Shown here piece after piece: positions 10,133 through 19,361 of a DNA stretch of 64,000 nucleotides. Location of the stretch: IMG/VR virus record IMGVR_UViG_3300032294_001558; one strand, 5' to 3'. The translations under genes and the position numbers were made by a program. This stretch comes from a virus. How positions within the stretch are numbered: the stretch's first letter is position 1; each line of letters opens with the position of its first letter. Below the pieces are notes generated by a model. It had not been told where the DNA came from, ran no database searches, and saw nothing but the letters and a program-made list of their open reading frames with translations.

Positions 10133-10940
10133 TTTTTTCGACTATTTTGAACCGGGGGCGATCGGGTACGACTTCGACACTACGCTGTCTCCGTATAACG
10201 AAGACTTTAGCGCCAACTATTTTTTGCCGGGCGGTGTAGATTACATTGGTGGGGACGAGGGCGGCGCCGTACCGCAAGACAACGAGTGGATGAAGTTTTT
10301 GCGGCAGCAAGAGACCGCCCAAAGCGGCGAGTCCCCGTTGGGCGGAATTGGTCCTAACGCAGAAAGCCTCCCACTAGTTAACACCAATACTAACCTACTC
10401 TCCAAACTTTTTGGTAGTCTCAAGAGTGGCGGACAACAGGTAGCGAATGCCGCGGTATCTCCTAGCGGACTGATGGGGATTCTAGGTGCATTGCTGGCGA
10501 ATAAGTTCGACAAGGCCCCCGCTCAAGGGGGTGGTGTAGGTGCGGCGTACGCAGGGGCGAAACCAATTACTCGCACAATCGAACAGGGCAAGTACGGCCC
10601 TATTGCTCGTTACGCGGCTGATGGCGGTATCATGAACGCCTACGCGTATGGCGGCTCCGTCTCCCCCTTTCCTATGCAGGATGGGGGGTTTGTGATGACC
10701 AAAAAAGCAGTAGATGGCGCGGGTGGCGCGGGGGGCATCAAGCGGATTCTCCCGGGCGCGCGTATGATCGGCGGTCCTCCCGACCCTACTGGTCGGCGCG
10801 ACCTGACGCCTGCGGTCATTCATGGCCCTCGTGGGCAGACTCCGGCACGGGTGTCAAACGGCGAAGCGTATGTCCCCCCCGGCCGCGACACCAAGGGCCT
10901 CTACGCCCTGATGAAACATCTTGAAGGGAAGGCCGCATGA
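10125..10940 (+). CDS. internal virion protein (271 aa)
   Basis: ATG at 10125 preceded by GAGG, overlapping the upstream stop region. The ORF track gives a longer form from 10077. Confidence 0.5.
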   Translation: MDSFFDYFEPGAIGYDFDTTLSPYNEDFSANYFLPGGVDYIGGDEGGAVPQDNEWMKFLRQQETAQSGESPLGGIGPNAESLPLVNTNTNLLSKLFGSLKSGGQQVANAAVSPSGLMGILGALLANKFDKAPAQGGGVGAAYAGAKPITRTIEQGKYGPIARYAADGGIMNAYAYGGSVSPFPMQDGGFVMTKKAVDGAGGAGGIKRILPGARMIGGPPDPTGRRDLTPAVIHGPRGQTPARVSNGEAYVPPGRDTKGLYALMKHLEGKAA

Positions 10941-11884
10941 TCACCGCAGCGCCTGAGATGCCCACCAGCCTGCCGGTCACTACGCAGGCTGCACAGTCCG
11001 CTCCGCTCGGGGGCGCCCAAACGACGCCAATCAACCCGTCGCAGTCCACGCTCGCGCCCAATTTCGCCAGCTACATCTACAACCTGCTCGGTAGGGGCGA
11101 GGGGCTAGCTAATCTACCGTTCCAAGAGTTCACCGGGCAGCGGTTCGCCGGCACGTCGCCGCTTCAGCAGCAGGCGTTCACGGGCCTCGGTAGTCTGGGG
11201 CCCAGCCAAGCAACCGGCGCAGGCATCGCGGCCACGCAGCAGGCGCTGACCGGCCTACAGGGGCTGCTGCCGTACAAGGTCGGCTCCGTGTCGGAGTACA
11301 TGAGTCCTTACATGCAGAATGTAGTGGACATTCAGGCGAGGGAAGCACGGCGACAAGCAGACATTGGACGTACCGCAGAACAGGCGCGACTCACGCAAGC
11401 GGGGGCTTACGGCGGCTCGCGGCAGGCCATCATGGAGGCGGAGCGCCAACGCAATCTCAACGAACAGATTGGCGACATCCAGGCCAAGGGACTCCAGTCA
11501 GCGTACGACCGTGCGGTGGAACAGCGGCTTAAGGAGGGCGATCTCGGTATCCGCGGCTTGACGGGACAACTACAAGGCGCCCAGACGCTCGGCACCCTCG
11601 GCCAAAGCCAGTTCGGACAGGGACTTCAAGCGCTGCAAGAGCAGCGGCTCGCCGGCAAGGAACAGCGTCAGATTGAACAAGAACCGCTTGATTTCGGATA
11701 CCAGCAGTTCCAAGAATCGCTCAAGTACCCGTACCAGCAGACTACGTTCATGCAGAGTCTGCTTCAGGGGCTCCCGCTGGCGACGCAACAACCCTACCAA
11801 GCGGGGGATTCTACCTTTGGCGCTTTGACGCAGGGCGGACTGACAGGACTGGCGCTGTATAAACTTCTGACTGAGGGTAAGTGA
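10937..11884 (+). CDS. internal virion protein (315 aa), Gln/Gly-rich
   Basis: ATGA coupling. Operon context. Confidence 0.55.
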   Translation: MITAAPEMPTSLPVTTQAAQSAPLGGAQTTPINPSQSTLAPNFASYIYNLLGRGEGLANLPFQEFTGQRFAGTSPLQQQAFTGLGSLGPSQATGAGIAATQQALTGLQGLLPYKVGSVSEYMSPYMQNVVDIQAREARRQADIGRTAEQARLTQAGAYGGSRQAIMEAERQRNLNEQIGDIQAKGLQSAYDRAVEQRLKEGDLGIRGLTGQLQGAQTLGTLGQSQFGQGLQALQEQRLAGKEQRQIEQEPLDFGYQQFQESLKYPYQQTTFMQSLLQGLPLATQQPYQAGDSTFGALTQGGLTGLALYKLLTEGK

Positions 11885-13494
11885 TGGTGCTGCAACCGCA
11901 ACCGCAACCGCAGACGGCCCCGGGGCAAGCGGCTATGCCCACGCCCACCCCCGCTCAGACGACGCAGACTGCCTCGCCGCAGACGCCATCGTTGATGCAG
12001 ATGGGTAGCAACGCACTGCGGCAGTTGTTTATGCAAGTCATGAACAACACGGGCCCCAAGCTGCCCCCGGCGTTGATTTTGAGTGCGCTCAGTAAAGTCA
12101 TGCAGCGCGAGAACATGGCCGAGGCGGCGCAAGGTCAAATGGCTATGGCTCAGGCTAACCAGCCCACGGTCGCGCAGCAGCTTATGGGTACGCGCCAGAT
12201 GGCTGAAGGCGGGGTTGTGTCTTTGAGCGGTGGCGGTGACCCGACCATTGAAGCAATTCTTCGTAAAGGCCCTGCGGCGCGAACGGCCGAAGAGAATGAG
12301 CTTCTGAGGAGCGCAGGTTTCCAGATGCTGGAGCGTAAAGTACCTTCGGACTCAGGCATCGCGCGTCTCAACCGCTGGCTTGAGGATGCGCTTGGTGCAG
12401 GCAAGCCAAAAGCGGCATTGGGGTTTTCATCCACGGGGTTTCCCTCGTCTGCCCCCGTGAAGCAGGACGACATCGCAAAGATGCTGTTTGCTATGGACTT
12501 GGCGAAGCCGTATCGGTCTGAAGTGCCTCCCGCCACTCCCCCTACCCCAACCGCCTCCGCCGCCCGCGGCGGTTCTGGGGCCGCCGCACCCAGAACGCCG
12601 ACGACTTCTCCACTCACTGACGCTTTGGCGGATATCGAGAAGCAAATCGCCGATGCTATCCGTATGCAGGGGGTTGTCCCCCCGGAGCTTCTAGCCGAAA
12701 GAGAGCGTATCCAACGACTTATAGCGGAGCAGATTGAAGCTCGAAAAGGGCGTAGTGCGGAGGCGCTGAGAGAAGGGGAGGAGCGACTTGGACAGGTCAT
12801 GTCTCGTGGCATCGGCGCGCAAGACCTCCTTAAGATGGCTGCTGGGATCGATAAGCGTAAAGGCAAAGTGGCCGGCTCTATCGCTGGCGGGATTGCTGGC
12901 GCTCTAGGCGAGCAAGAAGCAAGACGGGAAGCGGCGCGTAAAGAGTTTATGCAGGTCAAGGCCGCTGAGCGTACGGAGACTAATCTCATCGAACAGATGC
13001 AGATGCAGGAACTCGTCCGTCAGAACGCTCTGAAGACCGGCGACGTTGCAGCAGCGCAGGCAGCCACGGCCAAACTCGCGGAACTTAAGCGGGTGATGAA
13101 TGAGCTTCGCTACAGCCGCGAGCAGCAAGCCTTCAAAAACCTTCTCGATGAGCGCAAGGTCGCGGCTGATGAGATGTCCGCCCGAGCGCAGATGGTCAGC
13201 GCCCAGGCGCGTGGTAGTGGCGCGACTGCCCCAGCAACACTGAATCCAAACCAGCGGGCGGTACTCCTTGAGAAGGCGGTGGATAATGTCAGGCAAGATC
13301 CGCAAACCAACGTGCGCCTAGCAAGGGCACAACAAGAAGCGATCAAGAGCAAAGTACCGTTTGACCGCCAAGCCTTTATCGACCGGCTTGTCCAAGCGCA
13401 ATTTGAGCAAATGCTGGCCGCTGCCGAAGGTCGCCAACCTGCTGTAGCTGCCCCGCCTCCAGGGCGGGTTATCGATTTCTCAAGCATTAAGTGA
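11884..13494 (+). CDS. internal virion protein, coiled-coil and Ala/Gln-rich
   Basis: ATG at 11884 forms a TGATG overlap. An in-frame GTG at 11881 is an alternative start. Confidence 0.55.
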   Translation: MVLQPQPQPQTAPGQAAMPTPTPAQTTQTASPQTPSLMQMGSNALRQLFMQVMNNTGPKLPPALILSALSKVMQRENMAEAAQGQMAMAQANQPTVAQQLMGTRQMAEGGVVSLSGGGDPTIEAILRKGPAARTAEENELLRSAGFQMLERKVPSDSGIARLNRWLEDALGAGKPKAALGFSSTGFPSSAPVKQDDIAKMLFAMDLAKPYRSEVPPATPPTPTASAARGGSGAAAPRTPTTSPLTDALADIEKQIADAIRMQGVVPPELLAERERIQRLIAEQIEARKGRSAEALREGEERLGQVMSRGIGAQDLLKMAAGIDKRKGKVAGSIAGGIAGALGEQEARREAARKEFMQVKAAERTETNLIEQMQMQELVRQNALKTGDVAAAQAATAKLAELKRVMNELRYSREQQAFKNLLDERKVAADEMSARAQMVSAQARGSGATAPATLNPNQRAVLLEKAVDNVRQDPQTNVRLARAQQEAIKSKVPFDRQAFIDRLVQAQFEQMLAAAEGRQPAVAAPPPGRVIDFSSIK

Positions 13495-13495
13495 T

Positions 13496-16400
13496 ATGGC
13501 TTACGCTATCCGTTTGCCTGACGGTACGCTTGTCCAGAATATTCCTGACGAGGTAACACCGCAGGAAGCGAAGCGGCGAATCCTTGCTGCTGGTTTGTAT
13601 AAACCGCCCACCCCTGAAACTACTGTCCTTGGTGAAGCAAAAGAGTTGTTCAAGGGGCTGGTCCCGGGAGCGGTCGGACTGGTTGAAAGCGCCGCAACTG
13701 GTGCGTCTGCGCTACTGCCAGAACAGACTGAGAAAGCCGTTCGGGAAAAAATCGCCAGCATCGCGGGTGCTGCCAAAGCCCCGTTTGCTGCTGCGCCGGG
13801 GTATGAAGAGGCCGTAGGTCGCAAGCTGGGCGAAGCCATTGGTTCCACGGCCCCGTTTCTTGTAGCGGGGCCTCTCGGGCTGGCGGGTAAGGTCGGCGCA
13901 GTCGGTCTTGGTGTTGGTGCCGGTGCGGGGGAGGCGCGCACGCGCGCTGAGAAGGAAGGCGCGACTGCCGAACAGAGAAGCACAGCCACGGCGCTTGGCA
14001 TCATCCCCGGTGCGGCGGAGGTTTTTGCGCCTTTCCGCATCTTGTCCCGAATTCCTGAGTCTGCAAAAGCTCAGGGCGTCCAGTTGGTTAAACGGGCACT
14101 TGTTGCCGGTGGGGAGGAAGCTGCGCAAGAAGCCGCGTCAGGTTTCGCTCAGAATCTCATCGCCAAGGGCGTCTACAAGCCCGAGCAGGAACTGATCGAG
14201 GGTCTGGGTGCGCAGGCCGCCTACGGCGGGGCCACTGGTGCCATCGTTCAGGGACTGATGGATCTTGCCTTGGGACGGCGCGCACGCGCTGCAAGGACTG
14301 CGCCTGAGGAAAGCCCAATCGAGCGCGCCGAACGTGAGGCGACTGCGAAAGCCGCCGCTGCGCCCCCTGCACCGCCTGCCGAAGAGCCCACGCCCTCTGC
14401 GGTGGAGGCCCCTGCACCGCCCGTCGAAGAGCCCACAGTCCGGAAGAAGGGTGAACCCCCTGCCACCGGCTTGCAGCCGGATGAGATTACCGGGCTGGGC
14501 GTCACCAAGAAGCAGCCGATCTTCCGACGCATGCTGGGCAAAGACATGGCGGACCCCGCGCAGCGTGATGCGGTGCTGGCAGACATCGAGAAGTACCTCA
14601 CCCGGGGGAATGGTAGCGAGGAATCGCGGGCGAAACTGACAGAGTTCAAAGAACGCTTCGCTCCCCCCGCTGCTGAAACCCCCACGCCCCCTGCCGCCGA
14701 AGCGGCCCCCCCGGCACCAACGGAGACCCCAAGTGCTACAGGAACTGTCGAACCATCAAGTGGAGCAGGCGTTGCAGTGGCTGGCGAGTCCAGTACAGGA
14801 GCCGCCCCCGGAGGGGTTGAAGTCACTGAACCAACTGGAGTGGTTCCTCCTGTCGCGGATGTTGGAGAGCCTGCTGCTGGAGAAGGAGCAGAGCCCGGTG
14901 CAGTAGCACCGCCCCCCGCTGCCGCTCCTGAGACCGCCGTTGAACCCATAGCCCCTGTTGCGGAAACGCCCGCTGCTCCCGCTCCCGCCCCAAAGAGAAA
15001 GGTCCTGAAGGGCTCGGTTGAGAACCAAGTCAAAGCGCTAGGTATCAACGCTGCGCAGGGTGGGGCGCCTGATCCGAAGGTTGTCCGCGAGACGCTGGAA
15101 CCTATCGACCCGAAGATGGCTCGGGCGGTGATGTTCTATCTGGGTGTCGATTACAACGGGAATTTCCTTGTCGGTGCCAACAACCTGCCTCAGACGCCAT
15201 CGGCTCAAAAAGCCGGACAGATGGCGGGGCTCGGGAAGAACTCCGGGGATCGCGTCAAAAAAGTCGCTGCCGCACTGGGTATCACGGGCGGCATTCGCAG
15301 GAAGTATCAGGCTTCGCAGACGGATGCGGTAGTCACTGGTCGTGCAGTTTCGGAAGCTGGCACCGGGGCTGATGTCGAGTCTGCAAAAACTGGTCTGATC
15401 ACCGAACAGTCGTGGTATGAACCGATTGCGCGCAAAGGCATCGAACAGGTAAACGATACGGAGCTTGCCCGCGTGGCAGTCAAGGCGGATCGGTTCTTGA
15501 AAAACCGCGCCAACGAACCCACGCACGCTGCCATCATGGCAGAGGTACAGAACCGGGCGAAACGCCCTGAGTTCCGCTCTGCGCTGAAGAGAGAGTTTGG
15601 TATCGCCAGTGAAGAGGCGACAGTTGAAGAAGGTACGCCGGGTACTGAGGATGCGGTCGATGAAGATGATGGGCCGACCTACCGCTCTATCCCGCAGACG
15701 CCTGTCATCACCGACCGTGCTTCTCACGCTGAGCTTGAAAAGGTCGTTGCAGACATTGAAAAGGCCCTGGGGGGCCAAGTAGATGTCGTCATTCTTGACG
15801 ACGTTACTGACGTAGACGCTAAGCAAGCTTCTGGTACTCGCGCCGGTGCGTTGATCAAAGGGCAGATATATCTGTTCCGTAGCGGAATCGCCAAGGGGCT
15901 CGAAGGACAGAAGACTGTCTTCCACGAACTATTCCACAAAGGGCTGAAGAATCTGCTGCCTGAGGCTGAGTACCGGGCGACGATGAACAGGTTCTATAGC
16001 CAAAGCGCGGACATTCGTGCGATGGCTGACGCTTATCTTGCGTCAGATGCAGGTAAACAGGATACAAAGAATCTCAGCCCGCAAGACGCTCGGGTGTTGG
16101 CAGTCGAAGAGTCGCTTGCCGAGGTGGCGGAGCAGACCGATCTCAAGCCCACATTGGTCCGGCAGGTCGGGGGCTTCCTCGCCAGAGTCGCTGACCGTCT
16201 GGGCATGCCGCAGCTTGCCCGTGCCATTCGTACGATGGGGCTGAACGAGCAGGAGAAGTTCATCCGCGATGCGCTTCAAGCTGGGCTGGGACCAACGACC
16301 GGCGAAGGGGCTACGCGGTTCCGTACGACTATCACCCCCGAAGCCGAAGCTACCGCCAAGGATCTCGACGCCATTGGTGAGCGCAAACAGCGTGGTGTGG

Positions 16401-19054
16401 TCCAGAAAATCGGCAAGCAACTAGAAGGCCGTGTGCCTCTTCGTATCCGCGAAAAGTTGGTGGATTCTCTGGCCCCTATGGAGGATTGGTTTGTCAACGC
16501 CTATGGCGGGCAAATCCGCACTGCTAGCGGGCGGCTGAACCCGATGGTGCTACTCTCGCGCGCCCTTGATGCGCTTCGTATAAGCAAAGCTGCGCAGATT
16601 GAAGGCGGACTTAGCCGAGAAGACGGACTTATCGTTGCCACGGAGCTAAAAGACGCAAACGGGCGTTCTGTCAGCTATTCTGGAGTACTTAATCGTATTG
16701 CCGATGCCGCTAAAGCAGAGGGCAAGACCTATGAGGACTACCGTAATACGATTGACAATATTCTGTACGGGCACCGCGAATTTTACTTGCGCCAAAAGAA
16801 CCGTGAGATTGAGCAACAAGCACAAGCCCTAGATGACGCCGGGAAGGCAGACAAAGCGAAAACGCTCCGTGAAGGCATCGTAGAGTTGTACCTTACCGAT
16901 GAACAGATCGATAGGGCGGAGACAGCGTTCCAACAAGACGACTTCATCAAAGGTGTTCTGTCCGATCTTGATACTGTCCGGTTTAATATGCTAGATATGC
17001 TGGTGGAAACTAGTCGTATCAGTAAAGAGCAAGCGCAAGACTACAAAGATAACCTAGGCTATATTCCATTTGAGCGCATCGGCGAGTACGAAAACCAATG
17101 GACACAGGCGACTCGGGGGGCCAACCGTGGCGTTGCCGCACTAAGGAAGCTCAGGCAGCTAGAAGGTAGCAAGCGGAAGTCCACGTCGGTCGTCGAAAAC
17201 TTCTCCGGGTTCATGGATTGGGCTACCAAGGAGGCGATGAAGAACGAAGCGGCTAGACGTGCCCTGGGGGATATGGAACTGCTCGGCGCTGCCCAACGCC
17301 GCGAACAGCCCCCCGCTACGGACTCCCCAGGTGGCATGGTCGATGTCTACGAAGACGGGCAGAAGGTTAGGTTCTACGTACCCGACCCGGCGCATCTGGT
17401 CACTTTTAGTCTTGCTGACCCCCAACTGTCCAACATCATCAAGGGACTTTCGCAGGCCACGCGCCTACTCCGCGCGGGCGTGACTTCGATGCCGCCGTTT
17501 GCTATCAAGCAGATTTTTGACGATGTGGTCCGTGCCTATACCTACGCTGGAGTCAAGGACAATAAAACGCTTGTTAAGAACGTACTGTCGAACTTTCCTA
17601 AGCTGTGGCTTAGCGAACTTCGCAGCCAGAAAACCGCTGGTATCCGAGAACTAGAGAACCTTGGTATTGTTGGTACATACGACGTTACTCAGCACACTAA
17701 TCTTAAAGACGTTCTGAAAGAGTCAGGTGCGGAGAAAGAAGGGCTTGGCAGTGCCATCCTGCGTGTGATGGAGGCTGGTGCCAAAGCGTCTGACCTCGCC
17801 GTGCGTAAAGCGATCTATGACCAAGTACTGACGGAAACTGGCGATACGGCGCAAGCCGAGTCCGCAGCGCGAGAGATTATCAACTTCAGCCGTCGTGGAT
17901 CATCGCGCATGATGAACATGATGATCAGCATCATCCCCTTCTTCAACGCCTATGCGCAAGGCATGGACAAGCTGGCGTCTGCTGCCGCTGGCGGGCTTGT
18001 AGGTAAGAAAACGGGCACTGCACGGAGCATGTTCTACAAGCGCATGATGGTGCTGACTGCTATGGGCACGGCTTATGCGCTGTTGATGTCAGACGACGAG
18101 GAATACGAAAAACTCCCCGACCACGTGCGGGATACCAACTGGGTGCTGCCTTACGGCAAGGCGCTCGGGTTCACCCCTGCCATCCCCATCCCGGCGGAAC
18201 TTGCGTTCTTTTTCAAAGCGATCCCCGAACGAGTTCTGCGGTACTACAAGTACCAGGGTACTGAAGACGAGCGCGCCGCTATTGATGTGCTAAAAGAGTT
18301 GACAAAGCGCGGGGTTGATGTTTTCTCGTCTCCGAATTTGATGGCCCAAGGTATTCGGCCGCTTGTGGAGAACTTGATCAACTACTCGTTCTTCCTTGGT
18401 CGGCCGCTAGAGAGTCAGTCTCAGCTTGCTCTGCGTCCGTTTGAACGCTACGGTACCGGCACGTCTGAGAGTATGAAGGCAGTCGGTAGCTTGCTCGAAG
18501 ACGCAGCCAACGCAACTGGTATAGAGACCTTCGCCATCTCTCCGATTAAATTGGAGAACGCGTTGCGGGGACTTTTTGGCACTTCAATGGGTCTTGCGCT
18601 GTCTGTCAGTGACGCACTGCTTTACCCAAACCGTACAGACCGCCCGCTTCATCAGCAAATCGGGGCGCAAATTACTGGCGTAAGCGCTGTGATGAAAGAC
18701 CCAGTAGGTACGCGGTTCATGGATGAGATTTACGATCTAGAAAAGCGGACTGCGCAAGTCTATGGGACGTACAACCGTATGCTCAAGACTAAGCCCGAAG
18801 AAGCCGAGGTGTTCCTTCTGGATAATATAGGCATATATTCGATCCGGCCGCAGGTTCAGTCTTTGATGGAGACCATCCGCGTGATGAACGAATCGACGCA
18901 GGCCATCAACCGAGACACCTCGCTCAGCCCCGAGGAGCGCCGCAAGCTCATCGATGACTTACGGGCGGAGCAGAACGACATCGCTCGTCAGGTTTGGCAG
19001 TTGCGCCGGGAGGCGCGGAACATTCAACTGGGGCTGGTGGCCCCGTCCTCGTAA
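13496..19054 (+). CDS. giant internal/ejection protein (1852 aa) with an HExxH metalloprotease-like motif
   Basis: Single 5.56-kb ORF. FHELFH at nt 15920-15937. Ala/Pro/Glu/Thr low-complexity linker at about 14330-15000. Last gene of the late operon. Confidence 0.75.
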   Translation: MAYAIRLPDGTLVQNIPDEVTPQEAKRRILAAGLYKPPTPETTVLGEAKELFKGLVPGAVGLVESAATGASALLPEQTEKAVREKIASIAGAAKAPFAAAPGYEEAVGRKLGEAIGSTAPFLVAGPLGLAGKVGAVGLGVGAGAGEARTRAEKEGATAEQRSTATALGIIPGAAEVFAPFRILSRIPESAKAQGVQLVKRALVAGGEEAAQEAASGFAQNLIAKGVYKPEQELIEGLGAQAAYGGATGAIVQGLMDLALGRRARAARTAPEESPIERAEREATAKAAAAPPAPPAEEPTPSAVEAPAPPVEEPTVRKKGEPPATGLQPDEITGLGVTKKQPIFRRMLGKDMADPAQRDAVLADIEKYLTRGNGSEESRAKLTEFKERFAPPAAETPTPPAAEAAPPAPTETPSATGTVEPSSGAGVAVAGESSTGAAPGGVEVTEPTGVVPPVADVGEPAAGEGAEPGAVAPPPAAAPETAVEPIAPVAETPAAPAPAPKRKVLKGSVENQVKALGINAAQGGAPDPKVVRETLEPIDPKMARAVMFYLGVDYNGNFLVGANNLPQTPSAQKAGQMAGLGKNSGDRVKKVAAALGITGGIRRKYQASQTDAVVTGRAVSEAGTGADVESAKTGLITEQSWYEPIARKGIEQVNDTELARVAVKADRFLKNRANEPTHAAIMAEVQNRAKRPEFRSALKREFGIASEEATVEEGTPGTEDAVDEDDGPTYRSIPQTPVITDRASHAELEKVVADIEKALGGQVDVVILDDVTDVDAKQASGTRAGALIKGQIYLFRSGIAKGLEGQKTVFHELFHKGLKNLLPEAEYRATMNRFYSQSADIRAMADAYLASDAGKQDTKNLSPQDARVLAVEESLAEVAEQTDLKPTLVRQVGGFLARVADRLGMPQLARAIRTMGLNEQEKFIRDALQAGLGPTTGEGATRFRTTITPEAEATAKDLDAIGERKQRGVVQKIGKQLEGRVPLRIREKLVDSLAPMEDWFVNAYGGQIRTASGRLNPMVLLSRALDALRISKAAQIEGGLSREDGLIVATELKDANGRSVSYSGVLNRIADAAKAEGKTYEDYRNTIDNILYGHREFYLRQKNREIEQQAQALDDAGKADKAKTLREGIVELYLTDEQIDRAETAFQQDDFIKGVLSDLDTVRFNMLDMLVETSRISKEQAQDYKDNLGYIPFERIGEYENQWTQATRGANRGVAALRKLRQLEGSKRKSTSVVENFSGFMDWATKEAMKNEAARRALGDMELLGAAQRREQPPATDSPGGMVDVYEDGQKVRFYVPDPAHLVTFSLADPQLSNIIKGLSQATRLLRAGVTSMPPFAIKQIFDDVVRAYTYAGVKDNKTLVKNVLSNFPKLWLSELRSQKTAGIRELENLGIVGTYDVTQHTNLKDVLKESGAEKEGLGSAILRVMEAGAKASDLAVRKAIYDQVLTETGDTAQAESAAREIINFSRRGSSRMMNMMISIIPFFNAYAQGMDKLASAAAGGLVGKKTGTARSMFYKRMMVLTAMGTAYALLMSDDEEYEKLPDHVRDTNWVLPYGKALGFTPAIPIPAELAFFFKAIPERVLRYYKYQGTEDERAAIDVLKELTKRGVDVFSSPNLMAQGIRPLVENLINYSFFLGRPLESQSQLALRPFERYGTGTSESMKAVGSLLEDAANATGIETFAISPIKLENALRGLFGTSMGLALSVSDALLYPNRTDRPLHQQIGAQITGVSAVMKDPVGTRFMDEIYDLEKRTAQVYGTYNRMLKTKPEEAEVFLLDNIGIYSIRPQVQSLMETIRVMNESTQAINRDTSLSPEERRKLIDDLRAEQNDIARQVWQLRREARNIQLGLVAPSS

Positions 19055-19058
19055 AAAA

Positions 19059-19091
19059 GCCCCGGGCCGGACAGCAGCCGTAACCCGGGGC
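19059..19091. terminator. hairpin between convergent late (+) and early (-) operons
   Basis: GCCCCGGG (19059-19066) pairs with CCCGGGGC (19084-19091) around a 17-nt loop. Preceded by an A-run on the + strand. Confidence 0.45.
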
Positions 19092-19136
19092 GAATAGGAG
19101 GAGAAACGCTGGCAACTGCACCGCCAGCGGGGCCGA

Positions 19137-19361
19137 TCATACAACGCGCCAGACTCGGATGCCAAGCATCCCGGACTCGATTCTTTCGACGTAAGTCATC
19201 CCGTATTTCTTTTTAGAGTAGTACCGGGAAACTGCGGTGAAAGCTTTTTTTGGTGTCAAAGTAGGCAAGAAAAAACTATCGTTTACCGCCATATTATCCG
19301 GCACTCGATAGTTAACACCGCTTATTTTAAGCGGCTTTTGTACTACTGGCGGCTGTAGCAT
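19137..19361 (-). CDS. small conserved phage protein (..DSFF..GIRVWR family), paralog of 35925..36173
   Basis: Shares ..NMAVNDSFFLP.. and a C-terminal GIRVWR with the 82-aa ORF at 35925. Last gene of the - strand operon. Confidence 0.5.
   Translation of the reverse strand: MLQPPVVQKPLKISGVNYRVPDNMAVNDSFFLPTLTPKKAFTAVSRYYSKKKYGMTYVERIESGMLGIRVWRVV

Noticed and set aside
12150-15925. Long antisense ORFs opposite the ejection-protein genes (12150..12989, 13501..14040, 14248..15048, 15038..15925).
   Set aside because: These are typical GC-rich shadow ORFs with low-complexity Ala/Arg/Ser/Pro composition and no RBS. They lie antisense to long, tightly coupled + strand genes.
13496-19054. The 1852-aa protein as a tape-measure protein or an N4-type virion RNA polymerase.
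   Set aside because: There are no major-tail or tail-chaperone genes or tape-measure-like context. It is about half the size of N4 vRNAPs, and I could not see T7-like RNAP motifs. HExxH plus a low-complexity linker fits a polyvalent ejection protein better.
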